In this document: positions 17,215 to 27,830 of the stretch, piece by piece
Layout: every line of letters starts with the position of its first letter
Numbering within the stretch: the first letter of the stretch is position 1
From: an uncultured Acidobacteriota bacterium
GTDB taxonomy: Bacteria; Acidobacteriota; Vicinamibacteria; Marinacidobacterales; Marinacidobacteraceae
DNA: 39,365 nucleotides
Assembly (NCBI GenBank): GCA_964448205.1
Contig: CAYUVU010000332.1
Coordinates: 1-39,365, forward strand
Reading direction: 5' to 3'
Notes under the pieces: generated by a model
The model's input: the letters and a program-made list of their open reading frames with translations, nothing else
The model's database searches: none
Told to the model about the DNA's origin: nothing
Program-made: the position numbers and the translations under genes

Positions 17215-19065
17215 ATGAAGACGCTCGCCGCGCTCGCGTTCGTCCTGATCGCCGCCGCCGGCGGCTGCGGCCGCCGGGGTCCGCCGCTCGCGCCGCTTCA
17301 GGTGGACCCGGAGACGCCTCGGGTCCTGCCGCTCCGGCAGGAGGACGGGGCGGTCGTGGTGCGGTGGTTCGCGCCCCGTCTGGACTCCGGGGGCGACCCC
17401 GCGGACCTGCGGCTCCGCCGGGCGATCGTGTCCTACCGGATCGTGGACCTCCACGCCCTCGCCGCGGAGGAGCGCGCCGCGCAGCGCCGGCCGGAGGAAG
17501 AGGACGAAGAGGAACCCGAGGCCACCCCCTCCGGAGACGAGGACGCTGCCGGGACTCCCGAACCGGAGGGCGCCGGGACGGATGAGGGATCCGCGACGGA
17601 AGCGGCGGAGCTCGAGACCGTAGCGGCCGGCCCCGGGGAAGAAACGCCCGCGCCGGATGCCGCGCCTCCGGAGACGGGGGACTCGCCGCCCGAGGAGGCA
17701 CCCCCGGGCGCGGCGCCCGAACCCGATGAGCCGCCGGTACCGCCGGAAGAACAGCCCCCCGCCGGCGGGGCTCCCCCCGCGGAGGCGGCAACGGACCCGG
17801 AGCCGGATCCGACCCCGGAGGGGGAGCCCGAGCCGCAGGGGGAGCCCGAACCGGAGCCCGACGCCACCCAGGAAGCGCCCGGCTCCGGAGAGCCGGCCCG
17901 GGAGGAGGCCGGTGGCGAGACTCCGGAGCAGGCCCCGGAGCCGGAACCCGAGGCGGACGCCGAGGCGGAACCCGAACCGGAACCCGAGGCGGAGGCGGAG
18001 CCCGAACCCGAGGGAACCCTCCTCGACTACGAGGAGCTCGGGTTCGAAGTGCTTTCCGAGATCGAGTCGGAGGTGCCCGGGGAGGAACAGGTTCTCGAGC
18101 TGCCGGTGGAACCTGACTGGATCGGCCGCCGCCTGGAGATCACCGTTCGCTACGAGGCGCGCGGCGGGGCGAGCGAGGAGAGCGAGCTCCAGTCGCTCGA
18201 CGTCACCGGCCCGCTGCCGGCGGTAGAGGGCGTTCTCGTCGAGGTCGGGCCGCGGGAGTTGACCATCCGCTGGCAGGACCCTCGCGGCGCCCTGGGCGAG
18301 GCGCCCGTGGCGGACCCCGTCTTCGAGGTCTTCCGGAGGCGCGGCGAGGAGTCCGAACGGCTGGGACGGTCCTTCGGCCCGAGCCAGACGGATGCCGACG
18401 TGGTCTGGGGGGAAGATGTCTGCTATAGCGCCCGGCTGGTCGTGGCGGGGGCCGCGGAGGAGCGGGTGCTCCCCGACCCCGGACCCGTCGCGCCGGCCGC
18501 TCCCGAGGGGGGCGAGAGCGCGGCGGAGGCCCCGACTCCGGACCGGGACGCCGCCGAAACGGGAGTTCCGGGCGGGACCGACGAGGCAGGCGCCCTTGAG
18601 CCATCCGAAGCGGAGCCCGGGGATCCCGCGGGGGACGCGGCGCCCATGCCCGAGGAACCCGAAGCCGGGGAGGCGCCGTGGACCCCGATCCCGATCCGGG
18701 TCCCCGGCGCCGGAGCGGGGGCGCTGAGCGTGGGACCGATGTCCGCCGAGGAGTGCGTTACCCCGCTCGACGTCTTCCCGCCGGTCCCGCCGTCGGACCT
18801 CCGCCTCTTCTGGCGAAGCGAGGCGACCGAACTCAGCTGGAGGGACTCGGCGTCCACCGACGTCGCCGGGTACCACGTCTACCGCTCCGGCCCGGACGGC
18901 ACCGGCTTCCAGCGGCTGACCGAGTCGCTGGTCGAGCAGACGAGCTACACGGACGCGGCGCGCGATCCGCGGGGCGCCTACCGCTACGCCGTCACGGCGG
19001 TGGACGGCGCCGACCCCCCGAACGAGAGCCTCCCCTCCGACAGCCAGAGAGTGAACCCGAGGTGA
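17215..19065 (+). CDS. Lipoprotein with Fn3-like domains and long Glu/Pro-rich insertions
   Basis: Lipobox-like AAGGC then GRRGPPLAP; C-terminal LSW...GYHVYR..YTD..YRYAVTAVD..NES Fn3 motif. Confidence 0.8.
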   Translation: MKTLAALAFVLIAAAGGCGRRGPPLAPLQVDPETPRVLPLRQEDGAVVVRWFAPRLDSGGDPADLRLRRAIVSYRIVDLHALAAEERAAQRRPEEEDEEEPEATPSGDEDAAGTPEPEGAGTDEGSATEAAELETVAAGPGEETPAPDAAPPETGDSPPEEAPPGAAPEPDEPPVPPEEQPPAGGAPPAEAATDPEPDPTPEGEPEPQGEPEPEPDATQEAPGSGEPAREEAGGETPEQAPEPEPEADAEAEPEPEPEAEAEPEPEGTLLDYEELGFEVLSEIESEVPGEEQVLELPVEPDWIGRRLEITVRYEARGGASEESELQSLDVTGPLPAVEGVLVEVGPRELTIRWQDPRGALGEAPVADPVFEVFRRRGEESERLGRSFGPSQTDADVVWGEDVCYSARLVVAGAAEERVLPDPGPVAPAAPEGGESAAEAPTPDRDAAETGVPGGTDEAGALEPSEAEPGDPAGDAAPMPEEPEAGEAPWTPIPIRVPGAGAGALSVGPMSAEECVTPLDVFPPVPPSDLRLFWRSEATELSWRDSASTDVAGYHVYRSGPDGTGFQRLTESLVEQTSYTDAARDPRGAYRYAVTAVDGADPPNESLPSDSQRVNPR

Positions 19066-19115
19066 GCAGCCCCGACGCACTCCGGAGGACCGCCCAGCCG
19101 CCGTGATGGCGCTGC

Positions 19116-19281
19116 CGGCCTGGAACGCCGGCTTCAGCCGGCACAGCCCGCCGCAGGCGGGCGGCGGGACGGATCTCATTCGCCGGGATGGCGCGGGTGC
19201 GCGTCCGTCCATTCGGGTGAGCGGCGAACCGCCCGCGGCCCCGCGGGCCGCTGTGCCGGCGGAAGCCGGCGTTCCAGGCCG
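19116..19281. repeat. 166-bp REPIN/MITE-like element (copy 2, inverted relative to copy 1)
   Basis: Same arms as 6913-7078 in swapped order; spacer is a diverged reverse complement. Confidence 0.85.
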
Positions 19282-19405
19282 TTTCCGCCATTCTCGTGAC
19301 GGGCGGAAACGCCCCGTCACTCGTGCCGCCAACCGGTAGAATTGCGTCGGGTTTGGGGACTTGGACTCCGGGCCGAATTCCGGATTGACGAGGTGCCGGG
19401 CGCGC

Positions 19406-20053
19406 ATGCAGATCTTTCTTGACACCGCGAACGTTGACGAGATTTCCCGGGCCGCCGCGATGGGGCTCGTGGACGGCGTCACGACGAATCCGTCGCTCAT
19501 GGCGAAGGAGACGGGAGATCCCCGGGAGATCCTGACCCGCATCGCGGCGCTGGTTCCCGGCGACGTCTCGGCGGAGGTCCTCTCGACCGACACCGCCGGG
19601 ATGGTGGCCGAAGGCCGCGAGCTCGCGACCATCGCCCCGAACGTCATCATCAAGTGCCCGCTGACGCCCGACGGCCTGCGCGCGGTCCGCGAGCTGAAGG
19701 AGGAAGGGATCCGCGTCAACGTGACCCTCTGCTTCAGCGTTCCGCAGGCGCTCTTCGCGGCCAAGGCGGGCGCCTACATCGTGAGCCCCTTCGTCGGCCG
19801 GCTCGACGACATCTCCGCTCCCGGCATGCAGTTGATCGCCGACATCCGGGAGGTCTACGACAACTACGGCTTCGCCACCCAGATCCTGGTCGCCAGCATC
19901 CGGAACCCCCTTCACGTCGTGGAGGCTGCGCGGCTCGGAGCCGACATCGCCACCATGCCCGCCAAGGTGCTCGACCTGCTCATCAGGCACCCGCTGACGG
20001 ACATCGGCCTCGAGCGTTTCCTGAAGGACTGGGAGGCAGCGAGGGTCACCTGA
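19406..20053 (+). CDS. tal: Transaldolase (short FSA/Tal type)
   Basis: [47 protein letters not shown]. Confidence 0.93.
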   Translation: MQIFLDTANVDEISRAAAMGLVDGVTTNPSLMAKETGDPREILTRIAALVPGDVSAEVLSTDTAGMVAEGRELATIAPNVIIKCPLTPDGLRAVRELKEEGIRVNVTLCFSVPQALFAAKAGAYIVSPFVGRLDDISAPGMQLIADIREVYDNYGFATQILVASIRNPLHVVEAARLGADIATMPAKVLDLLIRHPLTDIGLERFLKDWEAARVT

Positions 20054-20066
20054 TCCTCCGGATCGG

Positions 20067-21632
<1,566 letters not shown>

Positions 21633-21653
21633 CGGCGGGACGCCGACAGCCTG

Positions 21654-23168
21654 ATGTTCCGCCGCGTCCTCGTCGCCAACCGAGGTGAGATCGCGGTCCG
21701 CATCATCCGGGCCTGCCGCGACCTCGGCGTTTCCCCGGTCACGGTGCACTCCGAGGCCGACCGGGACAGCCTGCACGTGCGGCTGGCCGACGAGTCCTTC
21801 GAGGTGGGGGGAGCGGCCTCGGGCGACAGCTACCTGAACGGCGAGCGGGTCATCGAGGCGGCGCGGGTCATGGAGGCCGAGGCCCTCCATCCGGGCTACG
21901 GGTTCCTGGCGGAGAACGGCGGTTTCGCCGCGCGCTGCGCCGAGCGCGGCCTCGTCTTCGTGGGACCGCCTCCCGAGGCCATGCGCCGGATGGGGGACAA
22001 GGCCGCGGCCCGGGCGGCGGCGGTCGAGGCCGGGGTCCCGGTCGTCCCGGGCTCGGACATCGTCTCGGGAAAGGACGCGGAGCGCGCCGCCCCGGGGATC
22101 GGGTTCCCGCTGCTCATCAAGGCCGCCGCCGGGGGTGGGGGCATGGGAATGCGGCTGGTGCGGGATCCGTCGGACTTCTCCGACTCCCTGCGGGAAGCGC
22201 AGTCCGAAGCGGAGGCGGCCTTCGGAGACGCCCGGGTGTTCCTCGAGCGCTTCGTGGAGAACCCGCGTCACGTGGAGATCCAGGTGTTCGGCGACGACTT
22301 CGGCTCCGTCGTTCACCTGGGCGAGCGTGACTGCTCCATCCAGCGCCGGAACCAGAAACTGCTCGAAGAGAGCCCCTCGCCCGCGATCTCTCCGGAACTG
22401 CGGGCCGGGATGGGGGAAGCGGCCGTGCGTCTGGCGCGCGGCGCCGGCTACCGGAACGCCGGGACCGTCGAGTTCCTGCTCGATCCGGAAGGGCGCTTCC
22501 ATTTCCTCGAAATGAACGCGCGGCTCCAGGTCGAGCATCCGGTGACCGAACTGGTCTCGGGACTGGACCTCGTCGCGCTGCAGTTGCGGGTCGCCGCCGG
22601 CGAACCGCTCGGCTTCGCGCAGTCCGGGGTCTCGCTCCGCGGCGCGGCGATCGAGCTCCGGATCACCGCGGAGGATCCGTTTGCCGGCTTCGTCCCGGCC
22701 ACCGGCCGCATCCGGGAGTTCCGCCCCCCCGCGGGTCCGGGAGTCCGCTGCGACGCCGGGATCGTTTCGGGCAGCGTGGTGTCCCCGCACTACGACCCCC
22801 TGCTCGCCAAGATCATCGTTTCGGGGCCCGACCGCGAGACGGCCCGGAAACGGGCGCTCCGGGCGGTCCGGGAAACCCGGCTCGTCGGCGTCGCCTCGAC
22901 CCTTCCCTTCTTCGAGCGGGTGCTGGCCAGCGCCCCCTTCCGCAGCGGGGAGTTCGACACCTCGTTCGTCGCCGGGCACTGGCGCGCCCTCAGCCGGAAC
23001 GGAGTGGACGGCGAGTCCGCGGCGCGGGCCGAACTCGCGCCCCTGGCGCTCGCGGCGGCGGCCGCCGAGCTGTGGTGGCGCGAGGGCGCGAACTCGAACG
23101 CATCCGGCGCGCCCCCGTCCCGGTGGCGGCTCGCCGGCGTCGCCGATGCGCACCGGGAACGGCTGTAG
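21654..23168 (+). CDS. accC: Biotin carboxylase subunit
   Basis: VLVANRGEIA, HPGYGFLAEN, KAAAGGGGMGM, RDCSIQRRNQK, FLEMNARLQVEHPVTE. Confidence 0.93.
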   Translation: MFRRVLVANRGEIAVRIIRACRDLGVSPVTVHSEADRDSLHVRLADESFEVGGAASGDSYLNGERVIEAARVMEAEALHPGYGFLAENGGFAARCAERGLVFVGPPPEAMRRMGDKAAARAAAVEAGVPVVPGSDIVSGKDAERAAPGIGFPLLIKAAAGGGGMGMRLVRDPSDFSDSLREAQSEAEAAFGDARVFLERFVENPRHVEIQVFGDDFGSVVHLGERDCSIQRRNQKLLEESPSPAISPELRAGMGEAAVRLARGAGYRNAGTVEFLLDPEGRFHFLEMNARLQVEHPVTELVSGLDLVALQLRVAAGEPLGFAQSGVSLRGAAIELRITAEDPFAGFVPATGRIREFRPPAGPGVRCDAGIVSGSVVSPHYDPLLAKIIVSGPDRETARKRALRAVRETRLVGVASTLPFFERVLASAPFRSGEFDTSFVAGHWRALSRNGVDGESAARAELAPLALAAAAAELWWREGANSNASGAPPSRWRLAGVADAHRERL

Positions 23169-23689
23169 TGCGGCGCACCCTTTCCCTCGACGGCAAGGAC
23201 CGCCGGGTCGAGGTGCGGGCGGCGGGCGGCGCCCTGAGGGTCGGGATCGAAGGGAATGGCGGAGAGCTGGTCGCTCGCGAGACGCCCGGCGGCTGGACGA
23301 TCACGAACGGCCGCCGCACGGTCGAGGCCGGCGTCAGCGGCGAGCGGACCGGAGAACTGGTGGTCCAGATCGCCGGACACACCTATCGGCTCGCGACGGA
23401 CCGGGGTGCGGCGGGCGGTTCCCGGCGGAGCGGCTCGGCGGCCGGCGGGACGGCGGGCGGACGCTCCGAGGTGCGCACCCCGATGCCGGGCAAGGTGGTA
23501 CGCCTCCTGCGGGAGGAGGGAGAGCAGGTCGCCGCCGGCGACGGCGTGCTGGTGTTCGAAGCGATGAAGATGCAGAACGAGATCCGGGCCCCCGCGAGCG
23601 GGGTCATCGCTAACATGAGGGCTGCCCGGGGGACTCCCATGGAGGGCGGCGAACTCCTGTTCGTCGTGGAGCCCGCGGAATCTGCGTGA
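23168..23689 (+). CDS. Biotin carboxyl carrier protein
   Basis: PMPGKV ... EAMKMQNEI biotinylation motif; GTG overlaps the upstream TAG. Confidence 0.9.
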   Translation: MRRTLSLDGKDRRVEVRAAGGALRVGIEGNGGELVARETPGGWTITNGRRTVEAGVSGERTGELVVQIAGHTYRLATDRGAAGGSRRSGSAAGGTAGGRSEVRTPMPGKVVRLLREEGEQVAAGDGVLVFEAMKMQNEIRAPASGVIANMRAARGTPMEGGELLFVVEPAESA

Positions 23690-26600
23690 CCGCTCCCGCT
23701 CCGAACCGCCGAAACCGCCGGTTCTGGCTGGTACTGGCGGGCGCCGGCGCCGCCTCGGCGGTGTCCCTCGGGGTGATCCTCTGGGTGGTGTCGAGCCTGG
23801 ATCCACAGCGTCTCGGCGCCTATGTCACCGGCCGGCTCAGCGCTGTCCTCGGCCGCCCGGTCGCGGCGAGCGGCTTCGAGTTCTCGGTTCGGGAGGGCGC
23901 GTTCGTCCTGCGCGGACTCCAGATCGGGAGGGAGCCCACCGACATCGGTCCGCCGCCTCCGGCCTTTTCGATCGACCGGATCCGCGGCGGCCTGAGCTGG
24001 CGTTCGTTCTTTCCGGCGCGCCTCCACCTCGAGAGCCTCGACGTCGAGGGGGTGGGCCTCTGGGGTCTCGACGACGGAGGCAAACCGCGGCCGGAGTCCG
24101 CTCCCCTGGGACCGGCCATCGAGGCGGTGGCCGCCCGGCTGTCGTTCTCCTCGAACCGGATCTCGGTGTCCGGCACCACGATCGGCTACCGGAACCGGCC
24201 GACGCCGTGGGAGGTCCGCGCCGACGATGTCGCCTTCAGCCTCCGGACCGCCGACGAGGGAGGCGTGGACGGCGAAATCCGGTCCGGTTGGGGCGTGATC
24301 CGCCTCTGGGAGCGGCCGGACCTTCCGATGGCGCTGTCGTCGGACTTCCGGATCCGGGGGAACGACCTCCATTTCGACTTCCTCGAGCTCCGCTCCGACC
24401 TGCTCGAGGTGCGCTTCGACGGAACCATGGACATGGCCAACGACCTCGACGGCCGCCTGCGCATGGTCGGCGGCGGGGACGCCGGCCGTCTGGGCCGTTT
24501 CCTGTTCGAGTTCGAGGGAATGGACACCGCGGGGGACCCCTGGCTCGAGTTCGAGGGAACGGCGGGGTTTCAGGAGAACGGGCTGGCGATCGACGGCGAC
24601 TTCGCCCTGCCGCGGAGCCGGTTCTTCGGCGTTCCCCTCCGGGACTGGACCGGAGTCGTGCACTGGGATCCCGAGCGCGTCGAAATCCTCTCCTCGCAGG
24701 GACTCGCGTCCGAGGGACCGGCCACGTTGCGGCTGCTCCAGGTGCAGCCGCGGGAGGAGAACCCGGCGGAGATCCTCCTCAGCGTCGAGGGCGGAGCGCT
24801 GGCGCCCGCCCTCGAGGGCATCTTCGGAACGCCGACCACGATTCGTTCGCAGGTGACGCTCGACGCGGACCTGCGGATGCCGTTCGCCGACCCGGGACTG
24901 ATGACCGGGACGATTCAGGCCACCGGACTCCTGCCGGACGAGACGGCGCCGGGGGAGTTGCCGCTCGGCTTCGAGACCGACCTGCGCATGGATGACACGG
25001 TGACCGACATCCACCGCGTCGTCCTGGAGGGCGAGGCCTTCCGCGGCTCCCTGGAGGGCCGCTATCCACGAACCGGGAACGCGAGCATCGAGGCGACGGC
25101 ACTGGCGGGAGAGTCGGCGGAGGCCGATGCCATGCAGCAGGAGCTGCGCCGGGTGCTCTTCGGGGAAGATCCCGAGACGACCTGGTGGGACGTTTCCGGC
25201 GCCGGCGGGTTCGAAGGCATCGTCCGCGGCCGCTGGCCCGATCTCGTGCTGGAGGGAGAAGTCGAGGGACAGTCGCTGCGGTTCTCCGCGATCCATACGG
25301 AAACGCTGATTGCGACCGGGAGGATCGAGCGCGACGCGATCTTCCTCGACAGCCTGAACGCGCGGTTCGGCGAGGGCAGGATCTCGGCCTCGGGAGTCTT
25401 CGACCGCGCCGCCGTCGAGTTTCCGGACATGGAGTTCGACGCCGACTGGGAGGGATGGGACGCCCGGGAGATCATCGATTTCCTCGAGTGGGACCTCGAG
25501 GCGGACGGCGTCACCACCGGCCGCAGCCACACCGTGCGGCGGGACGAGCGCTATACGGGAGGGGGATCCGTGGTCGGTTCCGACGGGCACGTCCTGGAGC
25601 AACCCTTCGACGAGGTGGCCATCACCTGGGACATGGATGGCGACACCGCCCGGCTGGCTCCCATGAGCGGCGTCTTCCGGGAAGGCGCCGCCGCAGGGGC
25701 CCTCGACATCGGCCTCGTGGACTGGGAGATGGAGGGCCAGGTCACGGGAAGCGACTACCCCCTGACGCCCGGTCTGGCGCCGGAGTGGATCTCCATCCGC
25801 TCCGACTTCCGCCTTGAAGTCGGCGGCGATCTGCTGGTTCCGGAACTCCTGCTCGAGGCCCGGGTGCCGAACGCCGCGGTCCTCGGCCTGTCTCTCGGCC
25901 CGGGCGACATCCGGGGGTCCGTCCACGGCGAGGACTTCGAGGGCACCGGGGCCCTCGATTCGGGCGCCGCGTCGTTCCGGATGCAGGGACGGGTCCCGCT
26001 CGGCACCGACGGCGCCGGCACCGTCACGATCCGGGGGGTCGACGTCGCCCCGATCCTGTTCGACGCGCCGGCCGAGCGGGGGTTCTCGATTGTGGTCGGC
26101 GGGTCCGGAGACTTCCACATCGAGGACCCGCTCGACGAATGGATGACCGGCGCGGCGACTCTCGAGACGCTGAGGATCACGGCGCCGGACTTCGTCGCCG
26201 AAACGGGTGGTCCGACGACCGTTCGCCTGGAGGACGCGCGGGTGCACCTCGAGGGTCTCCGCCTCCTGCACGGCGACAGCCAGTTGGCCCTCGCGGGGTC
26301 CATCGGGCTGGACGACGAGCTGCTCGACCTCTCGCTCCTCGGGCAGACGTCGCTGCTCGCGACCGCGCCCTTCGTGCCCTGGCTCGCCGCGGACGGCGAG
26401 TTCGGTCTCGAAGCCGCGGTGGTCGGTCCCTGGACCGAGCCGGAGGTCCTCGGCACCGGGACGATCCGGGGCGGCTCCTTCCGGGTCGAAGGGTTTCCGC
26501 ACGCCCTGAGCGACGTGGAGGGCACCGTTGACTTCGACCAGCGGACGCTGCGGATCGCGGAAGTCATCGGCCGCATGGGCGGCGGCGACGCCGTCGTCTC

Positions 26601-27600
26601 CGGCTCGATCTCGGTCGAGGACGCGGAGTTCGCCGCCACCGACCTGCGCGTCCAGCTCACCGGCTCCAGCTTCCGCTATCCGAGTGACCTGAGCGCGACC
26701 GTGGATGCCGACCTGCGGCTCCTGGGCGACCAGAGCGGCCGGCTGCTGACCGGCGAGGTGACCCTCGATCAGGCGGTCTGGAGCCGCGAGTACGAGTTCT
26801 TCGCCAGCATCCTCGCCGACGTCAACAGCGTCGCGCGCTCCGAGGAAACCGAGTCGAGCGGGTTTCTGGACGAGCTGCGGATGGACGTCCAGGTGGAGAC
26901 GGACTCTCCCTTCGCGGTCCGGAACTCCATCTTCCAGCTCGATGCCGCGGCGGACTTCGGCCTGCGCGGGACGGCCGGATCACCCGCGGTGCTGGGCCGC
27001 GCCGACCTCGTCGGGGGAGAGGTCTACTTCGGCGCGCATCGCTTCCAGATCGTCGACGGCCGGGCGGATTTCATCGATCCCGAGGGGATCCAGCCGGTGT
27101 TCGAGATCGAGGCGGAGACCAGCGTCCGCAGCTACCGGGTGCGGCTCGCGGCGACGGGAACCGCGGAGCAGATCGACGCGAACCTGAGTTCCGAGCCGCC
27201 GCTGCGGGAGGCCGACATCCTCAGACTCCTCGCCGGCGCCCCGGAGCAGGATCTCCTGACGGCGGCGAGCGACGACGAACTCGCGGCCGCCTCGGCGGCG
27301 AGCCTGTTGAGCCAGCAGCTCAGCAACATGATCGGACGGCGCGCCGGCCGGGTGTTCGGGATCGACCGGGTGAGCATCGATCCCTTCATGATCGGCCGCT
27401 TCAGCAACCCGACCGCGCGGGTCACGCTCGGCAAGCAGGTGACCCGGGACCTCAACGTCCGCTACTCCTCGAGCCTGTCGGACGCCGAGGAATCCATCAT
27501 CGTGGTCGAGTACACCCCGAGCGGCCCCGTCTCCTGGATCTTCTCCCGGGATCAGGACGGCTCGCTGGGCGTCGACGTCCGCTTCCACCGGAGTTTCTAG
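23686..27600 (+). CDS. tamB: Translocation/assembly module TamB-like protein
   Basis: N-terminal TM anchor, long beta-rich body, C-terminal LSSEPPL..DILRLL, VTLGKQVT (DUF490-like). Confidence 0.85.
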   Translation: MTAPAPNRRNRRFWLVLAGAGAASAVSLGVILWVVSSLDPQRLGAYVTGRLSAVLGRPVAASGFEFSVREGAFVLRGLQIGREPTDIGPPPPAFSIDRIRGGLSWRSFFPARLHLESLDVEGVGLWGLDDGGKPRPESAPLGPAIEAVAARLSFSSNRISVSGTTIGYRNRPTPWEVRADDVAFSLRTADEGGVDGEIRSGWGVIRLWERPDLPMALSSDFRIRGNDLHFDFLELRSDLLEVRFDGTMDMANDLDGRLRMVGGGDAGRLGRFLFEFEGMDTAGDPWLEFEGTAGFQENGLAIDGDFALPRSRFFGVPLRDWTGVVHWDPERVEILSSQGLASEGPATLRLLQVQPREENPAEILLSVEGGALAPALEGIFGTPTTIRSQVTLDADLRMPFADPGLMTGTIQATGLLPDETAPGELPLGFETDLRMDDTVTDIHRVVLEGEAFRGSLEGRYPRTGNASIEATALAGESAEADAMQQELRRVLFGEDPETTWWDVSGAGGFEGIVRGRWPDLVLEGEVEGQSLRFSAIHTETLIATGRIERDAIFLDSLNARFGEGRISASGVFDRAAVEFPDMEFDADWEGWDAREIIDFLEWDLEADGVTTGRSHTVRRDERYTGGGSVVGSDGHVLEQPFDEVAITWDMDGDTARLAPMSGVFREGAAAGALDIGLVDWEMEGQVTGSDYPLTPGLAPEWISIRSDFRLEVGGDLLVPELLLEARVPNAAVLGLSLGPGDIRGSVHGEDFEGTGALDSGAASFRMQGRVPLGTDGAGTVTIRGVDVAPILFDAPAERGFSIVVGGSGDFHIEDPLDEWMTGAATLETLRITAPDFVAETGGPTTVRLEDARVHLEGLRLLHGDSQLALAGSIGLDDELLDLSLLGQTSLLATAPFVPWLAADGEFGLEAAVVGPWTEPEVLGTGTIRGGSFRVEGFPHALSDVEGTVDFDQRTLRIAEVIGRMGGGDAVVSGSISVEDAEFAATDLRVQLTGSSFRYPSDLSATVDADLRLLGDQSGRLLTGEVTLDQAVWSREYEFFASILADVNSVARSEETESSGFLDELRMDVQVETDSPFAVRNSIFQLDAAADFGLRGTAGSPAVLGRADLVGGEVYFGAHRFQIVDGRADFIDPEGIQPVFEIEAETSVRSYRVRLAATGTAEQIDANLSSEPPLREADILRLLAGAPEQDLLTAASDDELAAASAASLLSQQLSNMIGRRAGRVFGIDRVSIDPFMIGRFSNPTARVTLGKQVTRDLNVRYSSSLSDAEESIIVVEYTPSGPVSWIFSRDQDGSLGVDVRFHRSF

Positions 27601-27602
27601 TC

Positions 27603-27817
27603 AGCCCGTGGTGAAAGCGCCCCGCACGAGTCCTTGGGCGGCTCTGACGCGGAGTCATGAGGCTCGTGCGCGTGCGGGGCGCTTCCACCACGGGCTGGCG
27701 AGTCCAATCGCCGAGCGATTGGACTCGCCTTTTTTCGCGGGGGGGGGGAACCCCTCCCCGCACCCCCCCCCCGCGGCGGGGCTCCGCGAAAGCCCCCTCG
27801 GGGAGTCCCGCCGCGGG
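27603..27817. repeat. Array of strong hairpins between tamB and the Omp85 gene
   Basis: agcccgtggtgaaagcgccccgcacg/cgtgcggggcgcttccaccacgggct; ggcgagtccaatcgc/gcgattggactcgcc + TTTTTT; G-run/C-run stem; cccgcggcggggctcc/ggagtcccgccgcggg. Confidence 0.65.
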
Positions 27818-27830
27818 TGCGTCGCCGCCC

